64,000 nucleotides of DNA from Eledone cirrhosa (Eukaryota). Location: the NCBI GenBank assembly GCA_964016885.1, contig OZ024745.1, forward strand, positions 46,562,001 to 46,626,000, read 5' to 3'. How positions within the stretch are numbered: the stretch's first letter is position 1; every line of letters starts with the position of its first letter. The notes beneath the pieces are model-generated. The model made no database searches, was not told the origin of the DNA, and saw only the letters and a list, made by a program, of their open reading frames with translations. A program made the translations under genes and the position numbers. Positions 38,896 through 52,495 of the stretch are shown in pieces.

Positions 38896-41524
38896 GAGGA
38901 AAAGGCAGGAAAAAGCATGGACTATGAGGCTACAGAAGAAAGGGAGGATGAAGGGAAGAGGGTGATAGGCTCTATGCTTGGGGTTGGGTGGTGTTTAGGT
39001 TGCACCCCATGGACAAAATTGTAAGGCATTTTTGTGGACAATAGCCAGCAACAGCTATTGCAACAGCTACCCCACCTCACGGGGTTCCTTCCTCAGATGG
39101 ACTGCTAACGATCTGATTTTATGGCAGATGCCTGAGGTCTGGATGGCGACTGGGTATAGGACATTATAAGTTAACCTCTCTATCATTGTGCCAAGTAATT
39201 ACAAACAAATTTAAATAATACTCTTAAAATATTTTCACAGTCACAGCCTTTGTCACTTACATAAGACTACATTTCTAGCAGGGTTAAAAAAATGAAGTCC
39301 CACTCCAACTTCAGAGAGGATTATTAGAGAGTATTAATAAGTATGTCTTGCTGGAAAACATCTGCTTTCAGCTGTTAACCCTTTTGTTATATTTCTAATG
39401 AAATACACAAATCTTGTGTTTCAATTAATTTTGAAAATACTGAAGAATTTGGAAGAATTTAAGAACATAACTTAACTTTTTCATTATTAAGTTTATGTTT
39501 GGAACATTACTTAATAAAAATAGCTCTTAACATGTATACTCATGAATAAGCTGTTCTGAATATAAGCTGACGACCCCCCCCCCCACACACACACACAAAC
39601 ACATATTGTATGCCTGAGAAATGGGTAAATCCTAAACTGACATTGACTTTGCAAAACAATTAGAAATTTCACATGATAGGTTGCATTATATATTTTACAT
39701 GGTGAATCTCTTACTACTTATCAAATTCATTCACAAGCGATATTGAACAGACATGTTGCAATAGAAAACAATATATCTACCCTTGTTCTACTAACTATGA
39801 AGTTAAAGGTCTTTTTAGAGAATACACTGATCTAACAAGTAATGTTGTGTATCATCAGCTTGCAGTTCAAACTGAAGCTTTATAGAGCAAGGATAACATT
39901 TATAGAATTTTACTGAATTAATTTATATGTTCGTATCCTAGTTTTTGAAATAGGTAGACTGTATCCCTCAATGTTCTAAGAGTCAACTAAAAGGGTTGGC
40001 ATGAGGAAAGGTATCCAGCTGTAAAACATTATCTCAAAACATCATATCCAGCCTATGCTAAATTGGAAAAGTGAACATAAAAACAATGATGATGAATATA
40101 TTTCTATAGCAAGAGGGGGAGAAAACCTGTGTGCCAATGCTGGTATGCAAAAACATCTTAACATATTGGAGATATAATTCTTTCAGAGATTTTACTAAAT
40201 ATGTAATTAAAAATTGTTATTAACTTAATTTTTTAGCTGTTGTTGCAGGATTGGGCGGGCTCGGTGATACAGTTCTTTAAAAAAACACTTTGTCAAAGCA
40301 GCAATATGAGTACTACTTTCATCTTTTGAGTTTATTAGTAGGGTTTCTTGCAGAGAGATTGGAAACAATTTTGTCCATAGATAAAGGTAGAACAAAAAAA
40401 GTACATAGTGGTTAGTTGAGCAGGTATACAACAAGTGTTTTAATGTCACTTCCCTTGCTAAGACAGAGGTTTGCCTTGCCTTGCAAGTTCCACAACAAGC
40501 TTCACCATTTTGCCTCATAATCTACATCCTCTTTCATCAATACTTTAGCTTTCATTACCTCATCATTTTTAGCCATGTCTTTCTTTGTCTTACCCTTCCA
40601 CTCCTTCATCCCACATTCATTTCCCTCCCTCCTTTCATCCAGTCAATTTTATCCTTTCTGAACACATAACCCAAACATCTCATTTCATTTCTCTTCACAA
40701 CATCTATCATTGGTTCTATTCTTATCCTTTGAAATTCATTGTTTATCTTCCTCTCCATGAGAAATACTCTGCTCATCCACTGAATCATTCTCATTTTCAG
40801 TATTTCCAGCCTTAGTTCAAATCCCGCAGAGGTTAGCTTTGATTTTCATCCTTATGGGATTAATAAAATACAATACCAGTAATGAACTGGGTTGATTAAA
40901 TGGAATTTCCCCTCCCCTTCAAATTGCTTGCCTTGTGCCTAAAGTAGAAGGAATTATTTCCAGCCTTCTCTGTTGTTCCATGTTCATTTCCATGAACAGA
41001 TATGTGAGGAAATGTAATAGGGTTGGTGATGGAATTAGCAATATAAGTCAATTTAATGATGGATTGAACAGTTTTAGCCAACTTAATGATTTTTCTATCA
41101 TATTCTTCTCATAGGTTATATATGGCAAAGAGATCAGGCAGAGACATTACACTAGTTACTGCTATGGGAACCCACACACGATAGAAAAACAAGAGGCCAG
41201 CTTCATGATACATTTCTGGAAAGAATGAACTCGCAGAAGCCATGCTGGATAGGGATAAGTGGAGAAGTATAATTATCAATGTTGTACAAGGAAACTCGAC
41301 ATGATGATGCTCATCATACTGGTTTTGTTATCTCATAATAATAATCTCCTTGTAATCATAATCACTACCACCATTGGAAAATATATCAATAGTGTCTAGA
41401 CAATGAAAGGTTAAGTATGCATTCAATTGTTTATATATTGGAGATTTTATTTTCATTTTTATCCATTCAATGTTTGAATTTAATGTGCCACAGATTCCAT
41501 GTGCCATAGAAGCAATGTGCCACA

Positions 41525-42035
41525 GAAACAATGTATCGAAAGAATACCAAACATAGAGCGCCTTCCTTTCCTGGGCATGGATACATTGGGGCTCCGACGC
41601 CTGGCGACTGACTTGGTGGACACCCACAAAATTGTTGACCATCTTGCCAACAACGAGCCTGAGTGCCTTTTTGATTTCCATGTGTCTGGCACACGTGGGC
41701 ATGCCCACAGGGTCAGAGGGCAGCACAGTTCTCATGGCTTTTGGGGACATTTTTTCACGCTCAGAGTTGCTGAAGCATGGAACAAACTACCTGCATCAGT
41801 TGTTAGCTGTCGAGACACTGCATCCTTTAAAACCTCCATGCTTCCCGAGATTTGCCAACACTACACCTAATGTTCCCCCTCCATACACATACACACATGT
41901 ATATCATGACTCATACACTATTCACTTCCCTGACATTTGTATATTATTCTATGTACTATACATGCACCTTTGACGAGTTGTAGCGCACCTGAGCACTTTA
42001 CACAATAATTTCATTATTATTATTATCATTATTAT
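41525..42035 (+). mobile_element. CR1 3' fragment, same family as 14001
   Basis: ORF 41499-41870 ends FFTLRVAEAWNKLPASVVSC...; same UTR and (TTA)n tail. Confidence 0.92.
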
Positions 42036-42965
42036 ATGATTCCCTGTTTTCTCTTTCTTCATGTGTAGTTTAGTTCTGGGTCAGCTCTGATTCAGCAAAC
42101 TTATGGTCAAAGGCATTCCAGTCACAACTCTTCTAACATACTATTCTTACTTTACTGTTTAATAGTTGGTGGGTTTCATTAACCTTTTTGTGACCATATT
42201 TTTTTATGAAATACACTATCTCAATTATTTAATGAAGAATTTTGAGGCATTTGCTAAAACTGTTATTTCATTACTAAGACAGTAACTTAATATATGATAC
42301 TTATATAAAATGTTAGAAGAGTTTGATTTAAAAGGTGGTATTGTTTCATAGAACCTAAGCTGGTTTGGACTGGCTGGTGTCATGTTAAAACACCCACTCC
42401 AATAATTTATGCAAATGTCTATCATGTAAATTGAACTGAATTTAACCAAAGCTATCACATAGAAATCTGCTGTTAAATGAGTCAATAGCAATATACATTT
42501 TCTTTTAATCAACAATTAAATAAATAAATAAATAACAATAATGTTAAATGGTTGTAATGATTTCCCACAGTTGCACATGTCCACCCATGGTAGGGGAGGT
42601 AGATAGTGTGGAGTGGTTGGGGAGCAATTCACACAGATGTGTGAATTTGAGGGGGCAACACTGTCCAACATTTAATTCTTTTACTCAGTTGTATTCGTTG
42701 TAAGTACATCATGTATGTATACTCCCATTATCCATACATTGATTATGTTTATTTACCATTGGCTACTAAAATTATTAATGAGGAGTTTGAAATGGAATCT
42801 CCATTTCACATTTGGCCTGAGCTTATTACCAGATTCAGAGCCTACATTTTACATTTGGCCTGGACTTGTTATGGGTTTTGCATGGGCCTATGAGTAAGCA
42901 AGCGAGTGAGTGCGTGAGTGAGTGAGGAAGCAAGTATGCAAGCAAATATATCTGACTATCTATCT

Positions 42966-44509
42966 ATCTTCCTTTGGAAGAAACGGGCTCCTTTGGTGAG
43001 AAGATCCGTCTGCTGCCAACACCCTTCAAACGGAGGGCTGGGGATGCCGTGGCTGACGATGCGCAAACACGCGCTCAGGCTGCGGCACCTCCACGTATTC
43101 CTCACCAGACAACCAGTGTGGGCCCCGTTCGTGAGGCGAGCCTTCCCACGACTCGTCTCGCTGACCGAGCTGCAGTCCTGGGTCAAGCAAAGACCGAGGA
43201 AAATGGGCGACTGGCACATCGAATGTGCTCAGGCACTCACAGTCCTCTGGCAAACGGACCCGGCGATCAGTGGAGACTCCACTTCGACATTCTATAGAAG
43301 GTTGGTCTGCAGCAAGTGCGACGACACGCTCGGAGAAACTCTAGGCGTAGAGGAGGACAAAGTGGCCAGTCTGTTCGGTAGGACCTTCCACCCGGGACCA
43401 ATGGACAACTTCCAAAAGTCCCTGGCCTGGCAGTGCTACCGAGGAGCTCTACCAGTTCGAGACAAGATCTACAGACACGGGCGCCCGAGTAGGGAACCTT
43501 CGAAAAAGATCTGTCCGAGATGGGTGCACGACGAGGAAACCGTCGCGCACGTATTTGTACACTGCCCGGGCATTACTGACCTGTGGGGCTATGTAGAACG
43601 ACTATTGTCACGGGTGGGACCAATCCAGTTGACCACCGAGTCCATTGTCATGATCAAACCGCCACCCTCCTTCAAAAACGAGGGAGAGGCGGTTTTCCTA
43701 TGTATTATGGCTATGGTGAAAGAGGTTATATGGTGGACGAGGTTAAAAGGGCTGAGGTCAGACACCTTTCTCTCTGGCGAGCAACTGATTTGTTTTTTCA
43801 AATATCATTTTGGAAGAAGAATCAGGATGGAGAGAGAGGTGCTGTACCCCAGCAAATTTTATAAAAGGTGGGTGACTGTGGCAAAGATGGCCCAATTAGT
43901 TGGGCCTTCTCTCTATATAAGCCTGTAGGTTGAGGAAAAAGAGGAAGAGAGGAAGGGAGTACTCACTCTTAGTGCTCCTGGAGATGAGGGTTGTACATTT
44001 TTTCGGGGTGTGTACAACCCCTGTGTAACACCTCCCCCCTATTGGGGATATCAATTGTTATTTGTTATTTTATTAATAGTTTTATTTTCATATAAAGGAG
44101 GCACATGGCTTAGTGGTTAGAGCATTGGTCTTGCAATCGAAAGGTTGTGAGTTCAATTCTCAGACCAGGTGATGTGTTGTTTCCTTGAGCAAGACACTTT
44201 ATTTCACTTTGCTCCAGTTTACTCAGGTGTAGAAATGAGATGATAGGGACTGGTGTCCATATCATTCCACTGTAAAGTGGTCGTGGAGGTGCCACGGCAA
44301 AAAAGCACCCAGCACTCACTGTAAATGAGGTTGGTGTTAGGAAGGGCATCCAGCTGTAGAAATCAAGCCAGTATCAGTTGCCGTCCCACCCTTGCAAGCA
44401 GGGAAAAAGCGGACGTAAAATGAAATGATGAAATGAAATGATACCTGTATGTAAACTCCCCATTTGTATTTGTCCCCTTCTTTTGTGCCCTTGTGGCTAA
44501 TAAAAAAAT
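42966..44509 (+). mobile_element. Tx1/L1-like LINE 3' portion with zinc-knuckle region, flanked by (TATC)n; SINE nested in the 3'UTR
   Basis: ORF 42918-43928 has GGLGMP, LPVRDK, CPR...ETVAHVFVHC. AATAAA/polyA at ~44499-44508. TATCTATCT on both flanks. Confidence 0.85.
44097..44441 (+). mobile_element. SINE family A nested in the Tx1 3'UTR
   Basis: Near-identical to 37502-37842. Confidence 0.92.
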
Positions 44510-44625
44510 GTATCTATCTATTTACAGTGAGCTAGATACCATTAAAGACTTTAGTTTAGCATGTTACAGGCATAACACCGTACATATAGAGAGTTATGAA
44601 AATTTGAAGCCACTCATCATCATTA

Positions 44626-45722
44626 TCTATAAAAGGCAGATTGTTGTAGTTATGTGTGTGTGTGTGTGTGTGCATGTTCCATGTTTATACATTTGCACAA
44701 TTTCAAACCGATTCGACTCAAAGTCTGTATGAATGTTGTAAATGGTCTAACTTAGGTCAACGACTATTTATTTCATTCAAACTCACCCACAATTATGGAA
44801 ATAATCGATAAAACTAAATACATGACGCTTTACCCCTAATAGAATCTGATACCTCTCTCTACTCCCCTTCAAATTCAATAAAACTACATACATGCTTACA
44901 AACTTCCTTTAGGAACGCTGAAGAGAGAGAGGGGAGAGAGAGATAGAACGTTTGTTTTTGAGTGTGGAACGGTCAAACATTTATTTACTTCAATGACAAA
45001 GAGAACTTATTACATTTCATACGAAACAACAATTATTCAAAAGCAACAGATAAATTTATTCAACAACAAAAAAATAGCGTTAAAACTTTTTAAAAACCTC
45101 TCAACGAACGTGAAAGAAAGAAGTATCAGTTTATTTACTATACACAATAATATACTCTATGAGGTCACTAAACCTGCTAGAAACAGCAGCTAACTCTCCC
45201 CCCTATCACACCACTCCCTACTGTTTTAAATTTAGAAAACATATCCTCTATGAGGTCACTAAACCTGCTAGAAACAGCAGCTGTCTCTCCCCCACATCAC
45301 ACCCCTCCCTACTGTCTTAAATTTAGAAAACACATATCCTCTATGAGGTCACTAAACCTGCTAAAAACAGCAGCTAACTCTCCTCCATATCACACCCCTC
45401 CCTACTGTCTTAAATTTAGAAAACACACATTAGACAACCATGCAGAACAACTCCATCGCAGTTCTGTTGTTCGGCTGGCATCGTCTACGCGCATGTTTTG
45501 CAAGTACTGTGAAACAATAAATTTCAAAACTTCTTTGCACAGAGATAATATCCATAGGCGAAACTACAATTGTCACTGCTGGCGCAGCTCCTGCTTCGCA
45601 GTCCAGGTCTGCAATTCATTCACCCAGTGCCTGGCAGACAAAAAAGTGCTGCCATAAAATGGGTGGTGCAACCTAACTTTGGTAACTTACTGACCTCGAC
45701 CAACGCCGGGCTTTAATGCTAG
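44626..45722 (+). mobile_element. Non-autonomous Helitron (A|TC ... hairpin-CTAG|T)
   Basis: Begins TC after A44625; ends CTCGACCAACGCCGGG (imperfect hairpin) + CTTTAATG + CTAG, followed by T. Confidence 0.65.
45155..45430. repeat. Three tandem 91-93-bp units inside the Helitron
   Basis: CTCTATGAGGTCACTAAACCTGCTA starts at 45155, 45246 and 45339. Confidence 0.92.
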
Positions 45723-46568
45723 TTTAGTGATAAATCTAACTATGAACAATGGTGAAGGCTTTGACAGTAGAGGAAAGCTAGCAACTATAAAACCTCATCC
45801 CATCTATGTCAACATGTGTGGGAGAAACCAACTTAAAAATAGAGTGAAGGAAGTACCAGTAGCAGCAATAGGCAGTTAGAGAAGGAGAAGAGAGAGAAAA
45901 AAAGAGAAGAGAAAAAGATAACTTAAACCTTAAGAATCTTATATATCAAACTGTGTAGTTGACATCTCATTTCTTCTATTTCTGTGTTAGTTTATCCTTT
46001 AGTGGAAGGGGGAGTGTGGTAAATGTTTCCTAATTGAGTCAATGGGAAATTTATAAAATAAAACGAGCCATATCTGAACAGATTATTATAACATTTCTCT
46101 AAATCTGAAATTTGGACTTTTTGATGACTTATTAAATGTTAGCAAGTGTCATGAGTCTAGTTCTATTAAAATAGATAAAAAGTATATATATAGTAAATAC
46201 ATAGATGCGTAATACAAACAATAGTTTATTTTTATATATAACCAACTTTGTAGATGTGGAATAAAGCAGTTTGAATTGACAGAAATTTATGACTGGTATT
46301 ATTTTTATTAACCTCAGCTGGCTGAGAGCCAATAAAAAAATTAACAATAAACAAAGAGAAGTTAAACTTTGGATACAGTAAAGTATTCAGTTGGACTTGC
46401 CACAAAATTGTATGGATTTTTATCTCCTTCAGTGAAATAAGAATATGAACACTATCTTAATCTCGTAGGATGAAATAATATACTGTAGAGTAGTTATTTC
46501 GGCACCCTAATATTTTTGCCACATCATGAAGTTTGTTATAAGGAAAGGGAATTAGCAAAGCAAGAAAG

Positions 46569-46987
46569 TTAACCCCTTTGATACCAGCCTAGCCAAAACA
46601 GACTCAGTTTCTATGAAACAAAACCACCCATGTTAAAGGATCGTTATTTAAATTGAAATCTTCCAACAAAATCTTTTATAAGAACCATAACAGCAGATGT
46701 TCCATTGTCACTTCTCTCACTCTCTTTTCCTCTTTTCCCCTTCCTCTCTCTCTCCTCTTTTTTTCCTCCTCTCTCACACTCATTCCTCTCCCACCCTCTT
46801 TCTTTTAATTTAAATCGGTTTCCTATTTATATTAAAATCTCCCAACATAATTCATATAACAAACATGTTATGCTTACAAATAACATTTTAATAATGAAAC
46901 AATAATGTTAGTTAATCTTTCTAAATTCCTCAATAATTAAGTCAAATACAGAATATTTCATTAGAAATATGGTAATAAAAGGGTTAA
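46569..46987. mobile_element. piggyBac-like MITE with TTAA ends
   Basis: TTAA-CCCCTTTGATACC ... GGTAATAAAAGGG-TTAA; related fragments at ~7472, 27832, 28400-28730, 39375, 42179 and 59075. Confidence 0.6.
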
Positions 46988-47589
46988 ACCACATGGGAAT
47001 CTCAGCTTGCTAGGAGAATATGTTTAGTGATAAAGTGCTAACCAATTGAGATCATAAATCTAGCTACATAGTGCATACTAATCGAACTTGTAATAAGCAT
47101 CTAAACTAATACACCACTGTTGCTTGTCTATCCATGGAGAATGTTCTGATGAGTAATATACATATCAATAATTTTGAAATCTAGATTTCAAAACATGTGT
47201 ACAAATATTTATGAATGTACAGCAGTGGCACACAACTGGAAGCATGTGGGTGTAAGTAAACACACACACACACACACACACGTATGTATGCATTATAAAA
47301 AAGAAGAGACAGACAGTATCAAAATGAAAACAAAAAAACATTACACTTAAATACCTGTCTGATAACTATGCATCAAATAATTGTTACACAACGATGTTGA
47401 TGTCTTTGAAATGTGCATAACAGGATGGTGTAATTATCTGAAGATGATACTGATGATACTAATTATCTGACATGATACTGTCTCTCTTCTTTTTGATAAT
47501 TCAGGAATTATATGAATATGTGTGCAGCCAGCATTCTTTCATTGCTTGTATTGGTAAGCAAGTTTAAAATGTTCCCAGAGTGAGCTTGC

Positions 47590-47855
47590 ATCCCTGTGTG
47601 AATCATGTGTGTCCGGGACACATTTGATAGTGTTATCAAATCCAGCCCCACAGAGTGAAGCATTATAGTGGTCTGTGTGTTCTTTAAAAGTGTTATGGGT
47701 CTTTGAAAGTCTGGAGATCTTTAGAGATATACCTTTCACAATACAGTTAATAATGTATTTGTGTAATTCTGGTAATCGATAGATTTATGAATAGTAGCAA
47801 TATCTAAGAGTTATTCTTTAGGCTGTTGATAAAATTTACCAGATATACTAACAGG
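47590..47855 (-). pseudogene. Penelope-like element RT C-terminal (thumb-region) remnant
   Basis: IVKGISLKISRLSKTHNTFKEHTDHYNASLCGAGF resembles the PLE pattern I..RL..LS....F......Y...L...GY. Confidence 0.55.
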
Positions 47856-48639
47856 GACTGCAATTCAAAAGGAGGAAGGTCATGGGTTACCCATCATGTG
47901 GCAATTTTCGTTTGGTACATGACCAAATCATAGAGTTACCTAAAATCCTACTCAGAGGTAGGAAGAGGTTGTTGAGACTAGCAGGCAGTAGTTATAATCC
48001 AAGAGTATCACCCTTTCCTTAAAAGAAGAGATTCAAGGTGTGTATTTACATATCCAGGTAGAAGGACAAAGGCAATCTTAGGTGCTCTAAATGTGAGGTA
48101 TACTTAATCATGCAAGGTTTTATGTTAGTCATTTAGTTGGGATTTAAGTGGTGATATTGTTGACGGAGTGTTTCCATGTTAGGATTATTCTATGTTTCAT
48201 TACTTCCTATATTGTCTAAGGAAAGTTGCTGACATCAGGTGTGGGTAAGTAGTAAAGAAGTCAGCCCTTATTTTAATTCATTGTAGTCCACCACTAATAA
48301 TTTACAGGGTTTCACTTAAACAGAGGCTGCAGACATTTCAACCTCTTTCCTAGCTATGTATACCTATCTTCTAACTTCACTCTTAGCTACATATTATGGT
48401 CTCTGCTACCCCCATTTTTCCAGTCTTTCCATGTCTGTCTCTTGTTCTTAATGGCTCTATTCACTGTACTGTTCCACCACTAGATTACCCTCTGCCTGCC
48501 ACAAGTCTCATCAGTAGTCTGTAGTAAGTTGTCACATATGTATCTAACTCATCGCCCCTCTCATCATATGCATCTCATAGAGCCTTTCTAAATCTATACT
48601 TAATTGAAAGGTCCTTTAGCTTCCATATTTTCCGACTTC

Positions 48640-49990
48640 AGATATTCCTATATTTTTTGTTCTATCTTGTGCTTATTTTGGAGTCGGGATGTAAACCCTG
48701 GATGTCCTTGCAGGATAAAAGATGAATGCCATCTGCAACAAAAATGTAATTCCAGGTTGAACATGTATGAAGCTACCATTACTCCAGTTACAACCAACTA
48801 TACATTGAGCAGAAAAGGATATGTGGGTATGACACACAACTGGTTTAAACAATTGACACAGATTGTGTCTTTCAAACACCAAGATATGAAGATGACTATG
48901 GCACTGGTAAATTGAGTATGGAAACTGAAGGATAAAGGGGTACCATGCACGATTAAATGGAACATCCTTGATAAATCATTGTTCTAATATTAAAGGAACA
49001 ATGAGGTGTTCACTTTGCCTAAATGAAAAATTAAGGATATTACAGCATCTGAAATCATCTGATAAATACCTAAACACAAAACATGAGCAATTTAGAGGAT
49101 GCCCACACATAAGATCACATATCCTTTCAGCATGGCAGCATATAAGCTCAGAGACACAAAACACAACTATCTTACACTCAGCTTAGTTCACTAAATCGGT
49201 CTCTGTATCCAAACATGATTAAATACAATCAGCTACATAACTAATGTACATGTAAATAACAAATATATCTTTATCAAAACACATATAAGACTCCACCTTA
49301 ATATAAGTTAAATACAACAACCTTATAAATAATATACACATACAAGTACATTGCATATACATACTTAACAACATACTTAACACACTTTCACTACAATAAT
49401 CCATATAATTATACATAGAAAAAACAAAAACACACATACATACACACAATACAGATACTTTAACAATTACATTAAAATATATAAACTTACAGGCACAGGA
49501 GCTACTCACCCTGAATAACAAAACACCAAATTTTTTGTTACATTATTATTACCTCCCTTGCACTTGAAGAAATCTCATGTATGAATTAATATCGGCCATC
49601 TTGGTATTGCCTGAAAGATAAGCAACACTAGCATATACAATGTCTCTATGACCTATGCTAAAGTAGGTTTTGAAACCTGAGACAGCATAAAACTCGGTTG
49701 ACAAATTATTTATATTTTAGCTCTGTACTTAACATGGAGCACTCTATTTCCTTTATCTAATCTACAGAAACTCTTGACACTACACTTTCAAATAACATCA
49801 AAGCCGGTCTGTCTCCCTATCAATATGCTGTAGTGTCTTAGAAACAGATTACATTATTAAGAGGCTGACTGAAGACGTTATGCCAGGAATTGTGTTATAG
49901 CATCATGACATAATGGCATCACAGAAGTGTGTATTACGATTAATTATGTAATAACAGAAATTATGTAATCTAGTCGTCGCATCTTATTAT
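48640..49990 (+). mobile_element. Penelope-like element 3' part: Cys-preceded GIY-YIG endonuclease remnant plus 3' region ending in (TA)n
   Basis: CPCRIKDECHLQQKC...MYEATI...GYVGMT...FK...SFKH...WKLKDKG...IKW...RCSLCLNEKLRI...YLN...CPH, across frameshifts. Confidence 0.8.
49863..49975 (+). ncRNA. Hammerhead-like motif with expanded stem II at the PLE 3' end
   Basis: GGCT(G)A-CTGAAGA (49869-75)-81-nt stem II closed by GTTAT/ATAAC-GAAA (49957-60)-near-palindromic ATTATGTAAT-C^-TAGTC. Confidence 0.55.
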
Positions 49991-51269
49991 ATATATATAT
50001 ATGTGTGTGTGTGTGTGCATATATATATATATATATATATGCACATACACATACAAACATGAAAGTTACATCAATTGTATATGTGCAAGATGTATGAATA
50101 TGTGTATAAGAGCCAAACCATGAACAGATATTTAGTTTTGGTCCTGCTTATGTGTGTGTGTTTTATAAACAGCAATATTCAGAAACTCAAACACAGAGTG
50201 AAAATATGCACCAAAATTTCAAATGTTCTCTGTTTTGTTATAAATCTGTCAGTTTTAAGTGGTTTCCTGCTTTCTTCCTTTTGGACTCAGAAAACAGTAA
50301 TCTGTAGATCACAGCTTACTTCAACATCTCTTATCATCAACGTTCATATAAATTTGGAGTTACACTTATTTTACAGGGGGTAATGAAATAATAGTAACAA
50401 ACACCCGTCTAACCCATGCTAGCGGGGAAGATGGACGTTAAACGATGATGATGATGATGATGATGATGAAACAAAATAGTCCCAAATATAGCTTTATATA
50501 CATACATATACATGCACATACAACCCCTCCCCCCAAAACACACATGCACACAGGCAGATATATATGCTAACACATACACACATAGATATATACTCACAGA
50601 GATTTTAAATTGTTGTCTAACCCATGCAAGTATGGGAAAGCCAGAATAAAAGCAATGATGATGATATGTTCCATTTTTTAAATGTCTAAGCTTATTCGTT
50701 TAAATTTTAATCTTCTGTCCTCACAAACTAAAAATTTCAACAACAAAAAATTCTTTACATTATTTCATTTGCTCTATAAAACACTCCGTTAAATAAAGTT
50801 AAATAGAAAAAGTTTAATTTTGATATGTGTATTAGTCAAGATATTAGTCAAATACTACACCTAGTTTCATTATGGTGAGTGCAATTATGTAAAATACTGC
50901 TTACTTTCATCATTATTGCCTTGGGAAAAACATGATCTTCACAAAGCAATTTTCCTTCTCCACTAAATCTGAGATTTCATTGTTGGAACCTTATTTCAAT
51001 TTTCTGGATTCAATGAAATAAGTACTTGGGTTAATTTAACCATTTATTACTCTCCACTCCTTAAAAATGGATGGCCTTGTATTTATGTTGGAAATAAGAA
51101 TAACGACAACTGTAATAATAATTGTTTTTATCATAAGCAAAAGTTTAATTAATTCAATCCCATATCTTAAAAACAGAAAATAGTTTTGTTTTCTTTATGT
51201 TTTGTAGCTACTTTTGCAAGTTTTCATTATTCTTCATTAGATATTTTTGTAATTTTATATTAGTTTGTA

Positions 51270-51780
51270 TAAATTCCCTGCCTCCTTTGTGGTAAATATA
51301 TTTCTGCATCATATTTTGGGTAGTGAGTCCTAAATGCAGTTTTCATCAGTTCATTTTGTGTCCAATTGAGGATGTTATAAACGTAATTTACAACTGGAAC
51401 AGATATGGTATTAATAACTATTACTCCATTTTTTTTTCATTTAACTGTTTTAAATATTAATTTAATGCATCAATAAAATTCCTTCCTAATTTTTTCTTTT
51501 ATTTTTGTGTATTGTGCATTGTCGAATTCATTGATTCAAATGTATTCATATTTCTGTGTTTGCTGTAATTCTCTTATCTATTTCTTTATCTGACATGATA
51601 AAAGTGTTCTTAATTAATTTTCCTCTCTTCACGGTTGCCTTGGTGCATATTTCTAATCAGAATTTTACATCATTTTATCTAGTAAGTCCATGTACCATCT
51701 GAAACATTGTTTCAAGTTGTTTATCATTTGCAGGCTTGAGATTGTCTTTATACAAATGAAGCTCAATTGTCCTACAACAG
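51270..51780 (-). mobile_element. R4/Dong-like RT fragment, degenerate
   Basis: KQLETMFQMVH...CTKATVKRGKL...KEKIRKEFY...INTISVPVVNY..NILNWTQNEL. Confidence 0.65.
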
Positions 51781-51949
51781 CATTTGTATCCTAGTCCAGT
51801 CTTGTTTAATATGTCATTTCAAAGTTTTAGCACTATGCAGAAAAGGAGTGGGGAGAGAGAGAGAGAGAGGAAGTCCTATTCCTATTCTAATCTTTGTGTT
51901 GTCATTGTCATCATCCTCATCACCAACACCCTATCATTGCTGTTATTTT

Positions 51950-52495
51950 TTTTTATTGCGTATTATTACTGCATTACTGTGTGCCTTGAGTATGTGCAGT
52001 GTTGTTATTTTTATTGTATTAAGAATACTCTTTATAATATGTGTGCAGGGCCTAGTAAAGGTATTTTCTGTATACTGTATATGTTTGTAAGTCCTGGGAT
52101 TTTGGTTATGTATCTATCTGTGTGTTTTTTTTATCATTCCCAGAGCAACTATTATCATAGGGATTATTTCTGTTTTCATCATCCACATTTGGGTTATTTC
52201 TCCATTTCCTTGCTGGCTATATTGTCATCTGTAGGGGCAGGCACATCAATTAGAAGACATTTTTTTTGTGATCTTTGACTATAATATCAGGTTATTTGGC
52301 ATTGATCTCCTTGTCTGTGTAGTGGCATATCCCAGAATATGGTTGCTTTGTCATCCTCTGACACCATTTCTGGTGTATGTTTGTACTACTTTTTTTCTGT
52401 TGGTATTTCATAGTGTTGGCATAACTTCCAGTGTATGTAAATCCTAACTCTATAATGACCGGATATGTTCTTTTGGGGCTAAAACTGGGCATCTA
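51950..52495 (-). mobile_element. R4/Dong-like restriction-like endonuclease C-terminal fragment
   Basis: TDKEINAK.PDIIVKDH...LIDV..PTDDNIASKEMEK...KKHTDRYITKIPG...IQKI.LLG.AHIL.RV. Confidence 0.7.

Noticed and set aside
45155-45430. Regularly spaced direct repeats, superficially CRISPR-like
   Set aside because: Whole units repeat without unique spacers, the context is eukaryotic, and there are no cas genes.
47140-47200. CTGATGA...GAAATCTAGATT hammerhead-like string
   Set aside because: Stem II does not pair and stem I is out of register; better explained by a 22-bp palindrome TTTTGAAATCTAGATTTCAAAA.
47292-47500. Imperfect ~28-bp inverted repeat (AAAAAGAAGAGAC...CAGTATCA / TGATACTGTCTCTCTTCTTTTT)
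   Set aside because: Short, low-complexity and mismatched; it may be an older fold-back but cannot be supported independently.
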